Program-made: the position numbers and the translations under genes
Shown: positions 23,888 to 36,026 of the stretch, piece by piece
How positions within the stretch are numbered: position 1 is the first letter of the stretch
How the letters are laid out: each line of letters starts with the position of its first letter
Source of the DNA: Geosiphon pyriformis uo1
Lineage: Eukaryota > Fungi > Glomeromycota
Direction of reading: 5' to 3'
Assembly (NCBI GenBank): GCA_016748015.1
Contig: JAAOMT010000129.1
Coordinates: forward strand, 310,001 to 374,000
DNA: 64,000 nt
Notes under the pieces: generated by a model
What the model saw: only the letters and a program-made list of their open reading frames with translations
Databases searched by the model: none
Told to the model about the DNA's origin: nothing

Positions 23888-26800
23888 TTAGATTTGTCTC
23901 ATTTGCAACAATCCATTGGCATTTCCATTGTTTTTTTCTTTTTTATAATGTACTGTATAATTAAATGGTGAAAGTTCTATTTTTTATCTGGTATGGTGAT
24001 TGTCTGCAAATTCTTGTTTCTGAATTGAAGTCAATCCCTTGTGATCCATATATATTTCAAATTTTTGGCTCAAGTATTCTCTCCATTCCATGACTGCCCA
24101 ATAGATTGCTAAATGTTCCAGTACTGGTGTTTCATAGTTCTTTTTAGCTGAACTTAAGGTCTTTTCTGTGATAGTACTGCTTCCAATGCTTGATCTGATA
24201 CATCCATAGTAATAATGAATGGTTTGCTGTAGTCTGAATACATCAACACTGAAGCTTGAATAAGCTTTCTTCTCAATGTATCAAATGCTTTTTGTTGAGC
24301 TTCAGTCCATTCATACTTTACATTCTTGGTTTGTAGATAGTGAAGTGGCTGGGCTAGTTTAGAAAAGTCCTTAATGAAGTGGTGATAATAGCCTGTGAAT
24401 CCCAAAAATGCCCTTAGTTCTGGCAAGTTTGTTGATACTGAAAAGTTCTTTACTATTGCAATCTTATCTGGATCCGTTTTGATACCATTTTTGCTCACCA
24501 TATGTCCCAAAAACTTGAGCTCAGTTTTGCCAAAGGAGCATTTGTTGGCATTTAGTTTCAATCCTGCTCATCTGAGTCTTTCAAATACTTGTTAGAGATA
24601 ATGTAAATGGTCATCAAATGTCTTAAAAAATATATTTGTGTTGTTTAAGTATACGATTACTGATTTCCATAGTAGTCCAGTATAGACAATTTCTATGAAT
24701 TATTGGAATGTTGCTGGAGCATTTATCAAGCCAAATGGCATAACTTCAAATTCAAAATTTTCTTCTCTTGTCATGAATGCAGTCTTTTCTTTGTCAGCTG
24801 GATCCATGGCTATTTGCCAATAACCACTATCTAAATCTAGTGTTGAGAACCATTTATTTCTTCCAAAGGCATCGAATAGTTCTTGGATCTTTGGAGTTGG
24901 GTAGCTGTTTTCTTTGGTTATTTCATTCAATTTCTGGTAATCTACACAAAGCAAATTTTTCTATTCTTCTTTCAGACTAGTACCACTGATGATGACCATG
25001 GACTCATTGATGACTGAATTAGCCTATTGTCAAGCATCTAATTGATTTCTTAATGAATGATCTCATGGCTAGCTAGTGGTACTCTGTATGCTCTTTGCTT
25101 AATTGGCATTGCATCTCCAGTCTTGATCTAATGTTGGATGATGTTGGTGCAGCCAAATTCATTTTCACTTGCAAAGATGTTGTTGAAATTGCTAAGTAAC
25201 ATCTTTAGTTGCATTTGTTGAAGTGGGTCTAGATTTCTCATGTTAATCTGTTCCAATTGTTTTGGTTAGAGTAGATAACATTCACTTCATCCATATATAG
25301 TCTGTGATGTAATGTTCACATATCCGCAAAGTTATGGAAAATCTGAAATGTGGTTTGGTTGTTAATCCTCAACTTGAGTGGTTAAATATCCAATGATAAT
25401 TCCTTTTGGTATTTCAATGACCTTTCCAGTTGTATTATAGATGAGAATTTTAATGTTTTTGGGGCTTTTGGCTGATATGTAAAGATTAGTGAGTCCAATC
25501 TTTTCTAATTCACAAATGGTGGCTTCTGTTTTAAACAATTGAGCTTGATCCTTTACTTCTCTTTTTATGGCTAATATATACTGGTCATATGGTGAGATGG
25601 AGATTGATTGACAGGTTGAGATAATTTCTCTTTTGTCAATAACTTCTTCCTCTACTATATTAACTGGTACGTCTATTTTACCCATTGATTTGAATCTCTA
25701 TATCCCTTTAATAGTAATTCCTAATTCTTTTCTGTTTCCCACTGACACTAATTGAGCTATTTTCACCAGAGATAGAAATATTGTCTATGCTATTTTTTTG
25801 TTTGGATCTATAGTATATGCTTTTTTTGAATCATTTTGTAGCATAGCAATGATATTTTCCATGTATTCTGCATCAATTATTTCTCTTTTAATGTTTATCT
25901 CCTTTTTCACTAAACTATTCCTAGATGCTAGTTGTACCATTGTTGTTGCTAGAATTTCCAGTGCTATTTTCAGATCAATGCAAGTGCATAAATGTGGTTT
26001 CAATTTGATGGAATTTTTTCCTGGATATCTTAGATCAAACCCTGCATCAGTATTATGTGCATGTTCAGGCATGATACCTTCATTGTTGTCGCTAAACCAC
26101 TTCAGTTCCTGCTCCTTGATAAGGTCTGGAAGGGCGATATATTGTTCAGAGTTTGAATCTGAGTTAAAATTGTTGTTATTTTGAACAAAGCTAGAACTAT
26201 TATTTTCATCATTATCATTGTCAGAGTTTGAATTGGGATTGAAAATCGATTCCGATTCAGATGCACAGCTGCTCATTGGTTTGTTTTCTTCTGGAATCAT
26301 GTAGATTATGTGTGGTGGTAAATTGTAAATGAGATTACACTTATTACAATATTAAAAATCACATGGAATTAAGCAATATTGACATAATTGAGTGTTCAAC
26401 TGCTCTAAACACTGTTCTTGTTTTTTCCTAGTAGGTGCCAAATACTGGTAATGTTCATAAAATTCTTCTAGGTTGTTCTCAATATTGCCAAAGACATTGA
26501 AAGTTTGGACATATTTGGGTTTAGGAAGAGATAGAGGATTATTTTTAATCTTTAGTAGTTCACTGGTTGTCGCGCCTTCTGCTTTCGCATATGCCATTCT
26601 TCATAGTTTATCTTTGTTGTGGGGATATCTTTCCAATCATTGCAATGCTCATTTCCAGGCATCATTGATTGGTGTTTCTTTGCTTACCTAATTATTTATT
26701 AGTATGGTGTACTGGCATGTCTTGTCACACATTCCTCTACGCCCAGAAATGTCATTCCACATTTCTTTGTTAGGTAGGATAATTCCACATGCAAGACATG

Positions 26801-28584
26801 GTTGGTTATCTCACTTTCCTTGTCATTTCAGTCATCCAAAGTGCTCTATAATGCATGGGTGGCAGTAGAATCTTGTGGTCATGGAGTATTTCTCATCGTC
26901 ACCATAGCATGTGCCCATTGACAACAATTTCTTGCTGCAATTGATGCATTCCAATTTTGGTCGATGGTAATTGGATGATGGTGATGAAGTATAAGCATCT
27001 GAACTATAAGTGCTGTTGGTAAGAGTAGTTTCTTCTTTCCCTTTCTCTTATTAGTTTTTTCCCACTCCCAGTTGGCTGATTTGTCTTGGTCATTATCAGT
27101 TTTCCAGTTTTGGTCGGTATTTCAGGTAAGTTTTTTGTTTTCCTTCCCTTTTTCCTTGTCATCCCAAGAAAGTATCAGTGATAGCTCATTGTGGTCTTCA
27201 TCGGCCCAAGAGATTTGGTAGGCTTTCCAGATAGATTTTTCTTTTTCTTCCTCGAATTTGATAAGTAAAGCAGATGGCGTGGTGATGGGTTTGAAATGGC
27301 CACATGTGACTGGTACACATGTGTGTTGTCTATTCTGGCTAAGCTAAAGCTCTTGGGTGTTCCAGTCGAGTGTTGTATTGATTTTGAACAGCCAGTCATT
27401 ATCCACCAGTGCTTGGTATTGAATGGCTTCTATGATTAATACCTTGATTGGTACAGTGATGCCATTGATTTCTATGGACAAGTTATCTATTTCACCAATT
27501 GGAGTCTTGGTAGCTCCATCAGCTGTAATTATCTTTGCACTGGTAGCTTGATCAACTTGGTGACTTAATTGGTTCATGAGCTGTCTTGTGATGATGCTGT
27601 TAGCTGATCTATTATCTAGAATCAGTTTGATAGACTGACCATCAATTTTGGCATCTGTGTACATCACTGTAATAGGTTTTTCTTCAAGTGCAGCTCCACT
27701 GAACAAAAGAGTTTCTGTTGGTTCCTCGATTTTAAAGGGAAATATTGCTACTAGAGACTCATTTTCCATAACAGTGGCTGGCAGAATATTGGTAAGTGGT
27801 TGCTTCTAATTGGGTTTCCGAGTGTTGGGTGAGGCGTCTTCTGTGGTAACCAGAAGACTTAAATAGTTTTAAGAACTCAGGTTTTGAGTATACCCAGTTT
27901 CTGAACTCCACTGTTGGGATTTTGACAGCTGGTTGGATGAACTGGGGATCAGTTGGTGAACAACCATTGCCAATCTCCAGTTTTGGATGACTCTCAATCT
28001 AGGGTTTCCTGATGTCATTTGAGCTGGGTTTAATGATGGTGTTTGAACTGCGGGTGTCTGATAAATTATTTGTGGTTGTGGTGGTTGATATATTATCAGT
28101 GGCTGCAGTTAATAAACTGGAAATTGATATACGGATGGTTAATATATTGGCTGTTGCGTCATTGGCAAGTAAGTCAGTTGATATGGTGCTGGGTTGAATT
28201 GATAACTTGGAGTTGGGAACTGGCAATCAGGATTTTGATATTGATTTTCCAATCATTGATTATTATTATAAAATTGGCAGTTGGCTCTAATGTAGCCTTG
28301 TTTACCACAGTTATGGCAGACACACGTTTCTTATTGCCATGGCTGATTTGGAGATAATAATGGACATGACTAATTTTGGAAATGATTTATGTTTCCTGAA
28401 TTATTGTGTCATTGTAGTGGTTGATAAATTGTACAATTGTCAGCTAAGTATCTTTCCAATTTCTGATTAATTGAATTACTGAATTGTTTCAATTTGGAAT
28501 CCAATTCAGATGATTCATTCATTATTAGATTAATGGCTTGGGCATAATTTGTTTCAAGTTCTGCCAATTCAAAATCTCTGGTGT
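23888..28584 (-). pseudogene. A2 polyprotein remnant (gag C-terminus, PR, Cys domain, dUTPase, RT, RH)
   Basis: ORF pieces 27344..27769 (PR), 25785..26300 (DAGFDL, ASRNS), 24700..24954 and 24154..24561 (RT). Confidence 0.88.
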
Positions 28585-29684
28585 TGTTACAGGTAAACTT
28601 GGTGGATATGGGAAATGGTAATGTTTGGTGTTCTCAATTATTGATGAATGCGTCTTTCACGTAATTCTGTTGGCTTAGTCTTGATTATCAGTCTCTGAAG
28701 ATCTATTCCTGGATGTGAATTTTACCCATTGAGTTCTTTGGTTATAAGGCACAAAGTTTGTCTTTTGTCAATTGCAATGTTTTTCATAAATATGAGCTTT
28801 CTTTTCTGAGCTAATGAGCATAGTTGTTAGGGTCTGGTGTTGTCTTTTCACCCTTCTGGTAAGCTAACAAGATAATGTTAATATCCAAAATTTAGGAGGA
28901 GCTTCTCTCTTTTACCAGGCTATCATGAAGTCTATTCCCAGACAATCGATTTTACTATGTTGTCACTCCACAAAAAATTAAGACAGAAAAAAAAAGAAAA
29001 AAAAAAAGAAAAAAAAAGAAAAAAAAAAGAAAAAGGATAAATTAGTATTGTTAATTGCCATGATCAAGAGCAATTGGTCCAAATCATTAATAGGTTTGAG
29101 GCGGTTATGCTAAGAACATCTGTTCTAGAACGGAGGTACGAAACAAGGATTAATTCATGTAAATTTCATGAAGTTCGAGAACATGAATTCACGATTCTGA
29201 TTTCTTTTAATAATTGATTTATTTCAGGAGATGAACTAGGGAAGATAATAAAGGATGAAGGGATATGGATATTTTAATTTCTGGTCTAGAGGTTTGTATC
29301 TATTTTTTCTTCTCTGCCTTTTCTCACTTCTACAACTACTTGCTTTTATACATTCTTTTAGTTTTACAGAATTGCTTTCAATTGTCTCGCTATCGCTAGT
29401 TATTGCTTTGTTGTTTCTGTTTATTGCTTCATTTTTCTACGTTATCACTAATTATCCTATGTTATAACACGTTATTTGATATTATTACATGTTATTCTAT
29501 GTTATCCTGCGTTATAACACATTATCCTATGTTATTGCATGCTATTCTGTGTTATTCTGCATTATAACATGTTATCCAATGTTATAACGTGTTATCCAAC
29601 ATTATTGCGCATTATTCTGTGTTATGTCATGTTTTTGGTCACATTTCTTTATAACTTTGGATTGGTTTTTCTACTCGGGTAACA
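28585..29684 (-). repeat. B 3' LTR
   Basis: Direct repeat of 36027-37122. Confidence 0.95.
29441..29630. repeat. U3 array of ~19 phased 10-bp units RTTATNNNNN
   Basis: gttat/attat recurs every 10 nt; also at 36879-37068 and, on the other strand, 2430-2570 and 9065-9200. Confidence 0.9.
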
Positions 29685-29698
29685 TTATCCCTCTCTTT

Positions 29699-30433
29699 TT
29701 AAAATTGAGCTCCTGCGAAACTATATGTATCTGTTATCGTGGCTTTGTTCATGTAATGTTCGATTGTTGCCTTGAGTATTGCCTTTTGTTGGTCTTCAAA
29801 CTGTTGATTGGTTATTCATCCTATGCTGTTAACTATTATGGTTTTCATAGATCCGTTCAGTAGTACGTTTGGGCAATGTTGGAAGGCGGCATATAGTCGG
29901 TATACTGCTTTGTAATATAGGGTCAGGTTGTTTTTCCCTATGAATTTTTTTACTTGTTGTATTGCTTCTTTGTTGAACGTTTTCTGGCTAAGGTCTTTAT
30001 ATGGTGTTTTCAAGTCAAGCTGTTCTCCAATTTTGTAGAACCAATAAGCTGGAGGAAGTTTTTCTTTCCATTCCTGGGCGTTGTCAGGTGTCTACTCCCC
30101 TGTTTTGGGGAGTTCAGTCTCATGAGCTAAAGCTTGTTTTATTTCTTCGAGCTCGGAGACCAAGTATTTTCTTTTGTAACCTTTTTCTCATTCTTTGCCT
30201 CATTCTTTTTCACCCCCTGTCCGAAAGCAATTTTTCCTCCCACATTGTCTTTTGGGTGGTGGATAGGAGAAGGAACGTTTAGTTCTAATTGAACTCTCAT
30301 CCTCCCCTCTCCTGCTCTTATCTTTGTACTGTATCTCTTTTTTATCAATTGTTATTTTTATTTGAAATGTCGATTTTTGAATTGTTTCAAATAATTGTTT
30401 AGATAATTTTAAAATTTGATCTGAAAGGTTCAT
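29699..30433 (-). pseudogene. ORF3 of B (~245 codons, disrupted)
   Basis: MNLSDQILKLSKQL...YKDLSQKTFNKEAIQQVKKFIGK...FAGAQF*; protein-level similarity to A ORF3. Confidence 0.78.
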
Positions 30434-30513
30434 GTTGAAATTTCTATCATTTCTTGCTGCTTTTTGGATGCTATATATATTTGAATTCCCCAATTTAATT
30501 TGCTGCCCATTGT

Positions 30514-31881
30514 CTACGTTTCGATAACGATGATTGGTTTTAGATCTCATGGTATATCTTCTGGTCTGATTAATGAAATTTGTGTTCTTAGTTGAGGTAC
30601 TGATGACAATGATTCCTGTTTTACATGATAAATTTTTAACCAATTTCCATATGCTACTTTCTTTAAAATTCTGTCTTCCAATCGTAATTTGTAAGCTCCA
30701 TTTCCTAATGCTTCGTGTATGTGGAATGGACCATCCCACTTTGGGTCGAACTTTCCACTCTACTGTTTCTCAGCTTTTGTACGATGTAACAGTACTTGGT
30801 CTCCAATCTTGAATTCCATTGGTTGTTCTGGCAGGTGTTTATCATGTCTTTCTTTTTGTCATTCTTGAGCGTGACTAATATTGTTAGCTGCTGTTCTTCT
30901 ATTGTTTTCCAACATTTCCATTAGCTGGTACGTTTTTTGGTGTAAGGTAGCCTCAAAATTCTCTTCATTGATTGTTTCTGTTGGGTATGACGGTATCACT
31001 CATTCAATCGGTAACGTAGCTTTTCTTTCATAGACTAGTTCAAACGGTGTGAACTGAGTCATATTTTGTTTCAATGTTTGGTATGCAAAGAGTACAGAAG
31101 GTATGAATAAGTCCCATTCTTGTCTGTTTTCATGACTTATTTTTGCTAGTGCTTCACACAGTGTTCTATTAAACCGTTCTACCAGTCCATTCATTTGTAG
31201 GTGGTATGGTAACAATAAGAGTCTTTTTATTCCAAATGATTGGCTTAGTTCAGTCAGCGTATTATTAATAAAGTGTGTTCCCTGATCAGATAATAATTCT
31301 TTCGAACATTCATGTCGGCAAATTAGGTCTTGATGCACAAATTTGGTGACTGTTTTGGTGTCAGCCACTTGAATTGCTCTGGCTTCTGGCCATTTTGTAA
31401 GATAGTCTATGGCTACAGCGATATAGTGATTTCCTTGGGATGTAATTGAAAGAGGTCCAACCAAATCGATCCTAATTCTATTAAATGAATTTCCAACTGG
31501 AATGGGTTGAAGTGGTTCTGTTGATTTTGCTCCTCCTCTTCGCTGGCATATGTCACAATTGAGCACGTATTCAAAAATGTCTTTGTACATCATTGGTCAA
31601 TAGTATAAGTTTAGTGTTCTTTCAAGGGTAGCATCTTTGTTAAAGTGTCCTGCAGTCAGATCTGAGTGCATGCTATATAGTATAGTTTTTCTTTCACTGT
31701 CCGTAATTAGTTGTTGTGGGTTGGGGTGGTTTCAGTGTTCTCATCAATATAGTTGGTTGTCTTGAATAAAATAATTTCAGGCTTGTTTTTGTATGGTACT
31801 CTGTTTCTGTTGAGATAATATCTCCTTGAAACGTAGTGTCGATAAGTACTGATGTAGTCGTTGATAAGTGAGTGTGTCCAT
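30514..31881 (-). pseudogene. Integrase ORF of B (456 codons)
   Basis: ATG 31881 (MDTLTYQRL); HSDLTAGHF, CDICQ, DYLTKWPEA, SDQGTHF, NGLVERFN. Confidence 0.9.
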
Positions 31882-31891
31882 GGGTTTGGGA

Positions 31892-34800
31892 TTAGGTTTG
31901 TGGCATCTTTGACAAATTGTTGGCATTGGTGTTCTTGGATCCTTCTTTGTAATAAACTTTGAGTAGGAATTGTTGCAAATAAGTACTCCATCTTGCATAT
32001 TTTCCTTCTAGTTGTGGATTGTTGAGTAACCAAATAAGTCCTTTGTGGTTGGTATATAGGTCAAATGGTTGACTGAGGTAATGTTTTCAAGTCTGTATGG
32101 CCCAATAAATAGCAAGACATTCCAGATCTGTTGTGCTGTAATTCTTTTCTGCTGGGCTAGTGCTGCAACTAGTGTAGGCAACTGGGTGTTCTCTATTGTC
32201 CGGTCCTATCTGTGATAAGACTGCTTCTAGAGCATTTTTCGAGGCATCCGTAGTGACAATGAACCGTTTAGTGAAATCTGGATAAATCAGGATTGGGGAT
32301 GTGATCAATCACTGCTTGAGATAGTTGAATGCTTTCTGTTGATCTTTCTTCTACAAGTACGGTATGTATTTGGACAACAATTGATGGAGTAGTTTTGCGA
32401 TGTTCGAAAAACCTTTGACAAATCAATGATAATATCCTGCTAATCCTAGAAATCCTCGTAATTCTCTGAGGTTGATTGGGGCTGGAAAATTCTTGACTTT
32501 TTGTACTTTATCTAGATCGGGTTTAACTTCATCTTTGCCGATTACATGTCCTAGGAATTTTAACTCGGTTTTTCCAAAGAAGCATTTCTTGGGATTGAGT
32601 TTCAATCTGGCACTACGAAGGCATTCAAAGACTTGTTGCAAGTGGAGCAGATGGTCTTCGAATGTTTTGGAGAACACGTTTGTGTCATCTAGGTAGACTA
32701 CTACTGATTTCCAAAGGATTCTTTTGTATACTACATCCATCAGGTATTGAAACGTGGCAGAAGCATTACAAAGTCTAAAAGGCATTATGTTAAACTCGAA
32801 GTTTCCATCTCGAATGGTAAACACTGTTTTTCCTTTGTCTTTGGGGTCTATTTCAACTTGCCAGTAACCACTTGCTAAATCTAATGACGAGAACCATTTC
32901 TTTTTCCCTAGATTGTCCAGAATTTCCTGGATGAGGGGAGTGGGATAACTATCTCTTCGCATGACACTATTTAGTTTTCGATAATCTATGCAGAATTGCA
33001 CTTTTCCATTTTTCTTGGTAACCAAAACTACTGGCGAGAACCAAGGGCTTAACAATTCTTTGATTAGGCCATTATCAAGCATCTGTTGCACTTCTTGCTT
33101 AATTAGGTTATTGCCAGATAGAGGTACGCGGTAAGCTCATTGCTTAATTGGTTGAGCATCTCCTGTATCAATCTGATGCTTCATGATGTCGGTGCATCCG
33201 AACTCATTTTTACTGGCAAAGACATCGGCATACTGATTCAGAAGGACTTTGAGTTGCATTTGTTGTAGGGTACTTAAATTTCCTAAATTCAATTTATTGA
33301 TCTCTTCTGGTGTGAACAAGTAACTTTCTTTTGGCAAATTCCATACTTGTGAGATAATGTCACAGAATAAGAATAATTGTGCGAAATCTGGAATGGACTG
33401 GGGTTTTTCAGGATTCTGACTATCTGCAGATATGGAACCGACGAGGGTCCCTTCGGGGATTTTAATGACATCTTTTGTCGGGTTATGGATGAGAATTTTG
33501 AAGTGTTTATGGGCTTTGGCTGGTAGGTATAGATTAGCAACATCAGCTAGGGAACAGATTTCGGGACTGGCTTCAAATAATAGGGCTTGATCTTGGATCT
33601 TTCAATTCACCTTGAGGATGTATTGTCAGTATGGGGGAATGGAGATGACGGTGTCAGTATAGATAAATTCTACCTGGTCACTGTCTTCCTCTGTGAAATT
33701 AACTGGTACGTTTCCTCTTCCATTTGATCCAAACTCGTTGATTCCTTGGACAGTAAGGCCTAACTCTTCTCGGGTTGTTACCGGGGTTAATTGGAGTATT
33801 TTGACTAGGGGTAGAAAGATAGCTTGGGCAATCTTTTCTTGTGATTCTATTTTGTAGGGTCTGTTTGAATTGTTTTGTAGCATCACAATGATGTTTTTTG
33901 TGTAACCAGCATCAATGATTTCTCCTTTTATGTCGATTTTTTTCTTGGCTAGATTATATCGAGAGGCAACTTGTACTATTGTACTAATAGGAATTTCTAA
34001 CACTATCTTAAGATCTATTTTTACAAGGGAATGTAGGACTATAATGATGGGTAATTGTCCGAGATATCATAGGTTGAAACCAGCATCGGTGTCATACACT
34101 TTTTTGGGGCAGATTCCTTTCTCGTTGTCACTGTACCATTTTAGCTCTAGTTCTTTGGATAGATCAGAATACACAAGATACTGTTCTGTTTCGGTATCCT
34201 CAGTTGGATCTTGAAACGACATGTCCTCAGTAATCAATACCTTTTCTTTGGGTTCAGGTAGTTTGGTGATTGGAAACAGTATTCTTGGAGGCAGATTGAA
34301 CATGAGATCACATTTATCGCAGTACTGGAAGTAACAGGGGATCAAACAGTGATCGCATAGTTTGGTATTCAAATCGGCCAACCTTTGCTTCTGTTCCTCA
34401 CGAGTTGGGACCAATTCCTGATATTGGTTCTGAAATGCATCTGGGTCATCTGTGAAGAAATCATCTTTGGGGTAGTCAGGTCCAGTATATTCGGGCATCC
34501 AAGGGTTGTCCTTAATTTCTCGCATTTCTTTGGGTGTGGCGCCTTCGGCCTTGACGCTTGCCATTCTCCAGATTTCGTGGTCATTGTGTGGATAACCGTC
34601 TAGCCTGTTGAGTGCTTGTTTCCAAGTGTCCTTGATGAGGGTTTCCTTTTGTACCCAATTATTGATTAATATGGTGTATTAACAAGCCTCGTCACATGTT
34701 CCTCCTCTGCCAGGCACATCATTCCAGAGTCCTTTATCTGGCAGGATTTCGCCACATGCGAGGCACGGTGTGTGGTCCTACTTGTCTTGTCATTTTGGTC

Positions 34801-35964
34801 ATCCAAATCTTTTTAGTAAACAAGGCCTGCAATAGTATTTGGTGACGGTGGGCCATTTTTTGTTGTCCCTAATACATGCGTCCATAGTGGATAGTTTTTT
34901 TCCACAATTAACACATATTAGTCTTGGGGGTTGGTAAAATAAGTTTCTTTGGTCCGAGGTTACATATCTTAGTGATAACAATTGGGGTTCTTCTTTGGCT
35001 CTGCCTTTTCCTTTTTCTTCCCAGATTGGTGGTGGGAGTAATTCAGTTTGATAATCATCTGCCCATGAAACCTGATAGGTCTCAATGGTTGGTGGCATTG
35101 ATGTGTCTTCAAATTCAATAAGGGGTTCCTCGGTATATTGGTTTTTAAAGTGTCCGCACATAGCTGGAACTCGGACATGCTGTCCATTGAACATGAGTTG
35201 AAGTTCTTGGGTGTTTCAGTTGAGAGTAGCGTTGGCTTTTGACAACCAGTCATTTCTTATTAGAGCTTGATATTGAGTAGCTTCCATAACAAGTACTTTG
35301 GTAGGGATTTGGATTCCATTAATCTCGAAGGAGAAGTTGTCAATTTCTCCTATCGGGGTTTTTGTGTTCCCATCTGCTGTAATGATCTGGATGGTAGCAA
35401 CACGGTCTACTCGGCGACCTAGTTGGTCTATGAGCTGTGTTGATTCCAAGGGTGTGGATTTCCAGGAGTTCATGGTGTTTCCAACTGGGTTTCCAGGGGT
35501 GGGTTGAATATAATTCTACTTTGGAGTGTTTGATGATATGATGGAGTTGTTGGGAAGAGAACCCTTGGTTTCTTGTTAACCGTAAACTTGGCTTGGGCAG
35601 TTACGGGATTGTTGGATTTGTTTTCATATTCCTCAGAGTTGAATTCCACTGGTTGTTGTACTTGGGAGAATTGTTGTGCCATGTAATATTTAATGTCTGT
35701 ATTGATTATGCACAAAGTTTCAGCGATTGCTTGGGTAGTCATGGCTGTTGAGTACCCTAGTAAGCTTTGATGGATTTGTTCTCCAAGTCTTCCTGTATCA
35801 GTTGCGCGGCCTAACAAGCAGTCAATTTTTGCGTTGATATAGTTACAAAAATCACTTTCTGTGTAAGCGGTTCCTGCTGGTATTCCTAAGTCTTTTCAAA
35901 AGTATTGAAATAGTGCTTTTCTGTATGAGGAGTGGTCCTTTCCTATTGTTCCAATAGTCACCAC
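31892..35964 (-). pseudogene. B polyprotein: N-terminal extension, [deletion], PR C-half, Cys domain, dUTPase, RT, RH
   Basis: ORF pieces 35470..35817, 35216..35473, 34799..35194, 34067..34564, 33626..34003, 32423..33091 and 32087..32308. Confidence 0.9.
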
Positions 35965-36006
35965 TTTTATGTATTTTTGGGGGTGCTCTGTTTCTGTGGA
36001 TTTATA

Positions 36007-36024
36007 ACCTCACAGAGAGCACCA
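36007..36024 (-). promoter_or_regulatory. Primer binding site TGGTGCTCTCTGTGAGGT
   Basis: Same position as the A1 PBS, 16/18 identical. Confidence 0.8.
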
Positions 36025-36026
36025 AA

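Larger units (their letters stand above)
10835..28584 (-). mobile_element. Gypsy A2 (host of A1; 5' end missing beyond the B insertion)
   Basis: 3' LTR split into 10835-11515 and 21586-21773; PPT from 21774; ORF3, IN, RH, RT, dUTPase, PR and gag C-terminus collinear with A1. Confidence 0.9.

Noticed and set aside
29255-29467. 70-aa hydrophobic ORF repeated at 36693-36905 (toxin or membrane peptide?)
   Set aside because: Repetition reflects LTR identity; the antisense of A-rich U3 gives Leu/Phe codons with few stops; start and frame are not evidently kept in the solo LTRs
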